A DNA stretch of 64,000 nt from the human T2T-CHM13v2.0 reference genome, Homo sapiens, in assembly GCF_009914755.1 (NCBI RefSeq), contig NC_060927.1. One strand, written 5' to 3'. A program made the translations under genes and the position numbers. Below, in pieces: positions 57,474 through 64,000 of this stretch. A model generated the notes under the pieces. The model was not told the origin of the DNA. It did no database searches and saw nothing but the letters and a program-made list of their open reading frames with translations. Each line of letters opens with the position of its first letter. Position 1 is the stretch's first letter.

Positions 57474-58854
57474 TGTGTCCGGAATTAGTGGGTTCTTGGT
57501 CTCACTGACTTCAAGAATGAAGCCGCGGATCCTCGCGGTGAGTGTTACAGTTCCTAAAGGTGGCGTGTCCAGAGTTTGTTCCTTCTGATGTTCGGATGTG
57601 TTCGGAATTTCTTCCTTCTGGTGGGCTTCGTGGTCTCGCTGGCTCAGGAGTGAAGCCACGGACCTTCGCGGCGAGTGTTACAGCTCCTAAGGCGGCGCAT
57701 CTGGAGTTGTTCGTTCCTCCCGGTGGGTTCGTGGTGAAGCTGCAGACCTTCGCAGTGAGTGTTACAGCTCATAAAGGCAGTGTGGACCCAAAGAGTGAGC
57801 AGCAGCAAGATTTATTGCAAAGAGTGAAGGAACAAAGCTCCCATAGTGTGGAATGGGACCCGAGCAGGTTGCCACTCCTGGCATGGGCAGCCTGCTTTTA
57901 TTCTCTTATCTGGCCCCACCCACATCCTGCTGATTGGTAGAGCTGAGTGGTCTGTTTTGACAGGGCGCTGATTGGTGTGTTTACAATCCCTGAGCTAGAT
58001 ATAAAGGTTCTCCACGTCCCCACCAGATTAGCTAGATACAGAGTGTCCACACAAAGGTTCTCCAAGTCCCCACCAGAGTAGCTAGATACAGAGTGTCGAT
58101 TGCATTCACAAACCCTGAGCTAGACAGGGGTGCTGATTGGTGTGTTTACAAACCTTGAGCTAGATACAGAGTGCCGATTGGTATATTTACAATCCCTGAG
58201 CTAGACATAAAGCTTCTCCACATCCCCACCAGACTCAGAAGCCCAGCTGGCTTCACCCAGTGGATCGCGCAATGGGGCTGCAGGTGGAGCTGCCTGCCAG
58301 TCCCGCGCCGTGCGCCGGCACTCCTCAGCCCTTGGGTGGTCGATGGGACTGGGCGCCCTGGAGCAGGGGGCGGCGCTCCTAGGGGAGGCTCCGGCCGCAC
58401 ACGAGCCCACGGAGGGGGTGGGAGGCTCAGGCATGGTGGGCTGCAGGTCCCGAGCCCTGCCCGGCGAGAAATCGAGTGCAGCACCGGTGGGCCGGCACTG
58501 CTGGGGGACCCAGTACACCCTCCGCAGCCGCTGGCCTGGGTGCTAAGCCCCTCATTGCCCGGGACCGGCAGGGGGCTGCTCCGAGTGCTGGGCCGCCAAG
58601 CCCACGCCCACCCGGAACTCCAGCTGGCCCTCAAGCCACGCGCGCAGCCCCGGTTCCCGCTCGCGCCTCTCTCTCCACACCTCCCTGCAAGCTGAGGGAG
58701 CCGGCCCCGGCCTTGGCCAGCCCAGAAAGGGGCTCCCACAGTGCAGTGGTGGGCTGAAGGGCTCCTAAAGTGCCGCCGAAGTGGGAGCCCAGGCAGAGGA
58801 GGCGCTGAGAGCGAGCGAGGGCTGTGAGGACTGCCAGCACGCTGTCACCTCTCA
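57474..58854 (-). mobile_element. LTR12C (ERV9) solo LTR
   Basis: Termini tgtgtccggaatt / gctgtcacctctca; U3 repeats with gattgg and gagctagata; 4-bp TSD cctg at 57470-57473 and 58855-58858. Confidence 0.96.
57870..58210 (-). promoter_or_regulatory. LTR12C promoter core: NF-Y/GATA repeats and AATAAAA TATA-equivalent
   Basis: gattgg at ~57932, ~57970, ~58135, ~58176; minus strand agataagagaataaaagcaggctgccc at ~57885-57911. Confidence 0.75.
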
Positions 58855-58907
58855 CCTGCAGAAGAAAAGGGGGCTCCTTTAATCTAGTAGTGGTGAGAAG
58901 AAAGTGA

Positions 58908-61439
<2,532 letters not shown>

Positions 61440-61879
61440 TCATTGCTTCATTTGAAATCCCAAAGGTCCAATATAAATCTTTCTGTGGAAGACCATCTGA
61501 ATGTAATAAAAATTGCTATTGAAGAATCCCTAATAAAAAGTATTCAAATTGTGGCATCTTTCTGGTACTGAGGAGGCCATAAAGGTTCAGTAATACCCAT
61601 CCACATGGCTACCTAGAGTCTTAGGAATGGTCATTTCTCAAGGGACTGTCAGGCTGTCTGGGTCTGAGCAGTAATTTGATGCACGTATGGGGTGCTGCAG
61701 CTTTAGAAACATGTTTCCGTCTATTATCTGTTAATTATTATCCCTCTGGACAGCCTGGCACATGGTAAGGGCAGCTAAGACAGCAGGGTCCTAATTCTGC
61801 TCAGCTCTCTCTGCTGTAAAATGATTGATTTGGTGACCGGATTTTCTCCAAGTTTCCTTGTGTAGGTAGGTGCGTAGGG

Positions 61880-61995
61880 CAAATTATATTATCACCATTT
61901 TATAGAAAGGGAAACTAAGGTTAGGAGAGCTTAAGTGACTCGCCTAAGGCCTCTGATAATAACTGATATCCAATACTTGAGATTAGACTTCAGGC
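61880..61995 (-). mobile_element. MIR fragment
   Basis: ccattttatagaaagggaaactaaggtt..agag.ttaagtgactcgcctaagg core. Confidence 0.7.
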
Positions 61996-62059
61996 CCAGA
62001 AGGACAAAGCATCTGCTTCTATATCACACTCAGAACCACACCTAATATTTGTGGTTAAG

Positions 62060-62575
62060 AGTACCAATAGAGGCCCACATAGCATTAACCTAAGTATTTA
62101 AGTCATAAATCAAGATAACAAACTGTTAAACAAAATATGATCTGTCCTCCCACCTTGACAAATACCTCCTACACGGAGCTGGATGGCCAGTTGTGAACTA
62201 TGAATTCCTGGACTTCTCTAAGGGCCAGGCTGGAAGGTGTCATGGAGGATAAAGCTGATCGCGAATGATCCCTCTTCCTGCATTACGAGGGGCCCAAAGC
62301 ACCTGGGAGTGCACACCTTAGCCCACAGGTCCAGGTACTGTCCACACCCCAAAGAAGAGCTATTTCTTGGACACAGGAGTGAGTTCAGAGTCCCGACCAG
62401 ATCCTGAAAGTGAACTTGGCACCATTTGGGCAGAGCAGTCCAGAGTTCTGACTACATGGAGCGTATGTAGTCTAGAAGAGGGTCAGGCTCCAGCTGGGCC
62501 ATCAGCCTGACCGGAAGAGGGGCACTGCCAGAGGAGAGCCAGAGGGTGGCTGTGGGCGGAGGTCCCTCTTGGGTT
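62060..62575. mobile_element. MER115/Zaphod-like hAT-Tip100 remnant
   Basis: tagaggcccacata...ataaatcaagataacaaactgttaaa...tcctcccaccttgacaaat. Confidence 0.55.
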
Positions 62576-62654
62576 TAAGAGCCAGTCTGATCACACAGCC
62601 TCTAAAATCACCCTAAGAAAGAATAACATACCGGAACATTCATGTGACGGGTAA

Positions 62655-62850
62655 GTATGGTCCAGTGGTTATGAGACTAGGCTCTGCAGGCAAATCCCTG
62701 GGTTGGAATCTTAGGTTGGCCACTTTCTAGTTGTGGCATCGCAGGCAAATTATTGATCATCTCACAGCCTCAGTTTCCTCATCTTTAAAATGGGTAAATA
62801 ATCATTATTATGAGGAGTGGCAGTATATGTAAAACGCTTGGTGGACATTA
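62655..62850 (+). mobile_element. MIR fragment
   Basis: gcctcagtttcctcatctttaaaatggg core. Confidence 0.78.
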
Positions 62851-62994
62851 CACATTGGGTGGATGTTGACAGGGTTCTCTCCAGCTTAGGCGAGTTTGCC
62901 TCTGAGAGGTTTTTCTGGAGAATTATATAAGCTTCATAACATCCAAGCACTCTGACAGTCAAGGTGAAAGTCTCCTCTCTCTACTAAATTGGGG

Positions 62995-63940
62995 TGAGGC
63001 GCGGGTGTGGGCACCACCCACCCCACCCAAGGCATCAGGGGCAGCCCACGTCCCGCCCGGTTCTGTGCCCAAGGACTTCACGCTGCAGACGTGCACGGAA
63101 GCTGCTTTGGCCAGGGGTTTGGAGGTTAACTAGCAAACGCAGCGTGAGTCACGGCGGCACTAGGAACTGAAACCGTGTTAGCCATGCCCAGGTTTACCCT
63201 CCGATGCGGACGGTGAAACCAGGGAGCAGTGACATCAGGACGGGGAGCCAGCGCTGACGCAGCTCCACCGCCTCCCTCCCCATCCCGCACCCGCCGCCGC
63301 CGAGCTCAGCCTGCAGACAGGTCTTGACATCCCTCCTCAGCGAGGAGCGAGGGAGTCGGAACAAGTCGGGGCATCTCCCTTGCACCTCCCGGGAGCGCCA
63401 GCCCAGCCAAGTCTAGCGATTGCCCGGCCCGCCAGCGAAGACGCTTCCTCTGAAGCAAGCTTGGACACTCCCCTACCCCTCCGGGTGAAACGAATTCCAA
63501 GTGGCCCATTTCGGCTCCTCGCCCCCTCCCACTCCCTGCAAAAAAACTTGGCAACTCTGCGGTTTCTTGCGGACCAAAACCTGTAATTAGCCCTTTGTGC
63601 TCCCTTTAAGGGGCAGTCGTGACTGGAAACCGAGGAGTCAGACCCTCTCGAAAACACCAACAAAGAACTATATTTAGTTCTGAGCTCTCAGCCTAAATGC
63701 CTCTTATTTTTTCACTTTTACTTCAAAACGCCAGGGTTGGGGAAGTGGGAGGCAGAGGGTGGGGGAGCAACGGAGAAAGAACAGCTGTGCCTCCGCCTCT
63801 CCGCTCAATCTCTATAAATAACCAATCGCGAGCGGAGGCTACTTTTTAGCCAATGAAGCGCCCCAAACTGATAAAGCCTTGGCGGCAGCCAATGAACAAC
63901 ACTTAGGGGTGTCAGACTCGCGCCCCGAGACCAATGAGTG
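62995..63940. promoter_or_regulatory. CpG-rich promoter region
   Basis: Non-repeat CpG density; TGAGTCA at 63145, TGACATCA at 63230, TGACGCA at 63255, TATAAATA at 63813, CCAAT at 63822, 63850, 63889 and 63931. Confidence 0.8.
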
Positions 63941-64000
63941 CAGAGTCTGGGAGAGGTAATTTGAGCTAGAGTGTGGGTGTGTGGTGCAAAAGCTTCCTAC

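Noticed and set aside
57925-58230. Repeat-spacer-like array (gagctagata / gattgg units)
   Set aside because: Known LTR12 U3 tandem enhancer repeats, not a CRISPR or a novel array
57542-58855. GC-rich ORFs up to 197 aa and an apparent CpG island
   Set aside because: Wholly within LTR12C; typical spurious frames
63194-63663. Short ORFs in the CpG region
   Set aside because: No recognisable protein; expected by chance in GC-rich DNA, so the adjacent gene is not named

Overview
Primate (human-like) genomic DNA, very rich in Alus (about 70 copies or fragments), with no confidently recognisable intact host protein-coding exons. Almost all ORFs in the supplied track are Alu, L1 or LTR artefacts. 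Main non-Alu content: (1) a minus-strand processed copy of the 5' part of KIAA1328/hinderin, with an uninterrupted ~190-codon frame, fused directly to an L1PB-type 3' end inside a large nested L1 block (23.7-32.3 kb); (2) a young 5'-inverted L1PA2/3 (16.4-17.4 kb); (3) a solo LTR12C (57474-58854, minus) whose 4-bp TSD is exactly the CAG|G of a strong splice acceptor; (4) several exon-like, phase-compatible minus-strand segments that may be a decayed gene or lncRNA; (5) a degenerate Tigger/JRK-like transposase fossil (53.1-54.0 kb); (6) a 7SL pseudogene, THE1B, MLT1/MLT2, Tigger2a, MER5/53/58/115, L2 and MIR remnants; (7) a CpG-rich promoter with four CCAAT boxes and a TATA/MEF2-like element at the right end. 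Repeat and protein identifications are from recognition of remembered consensus sequences, not from database searches. Boundaries are approximate unless TSDs are quoted.
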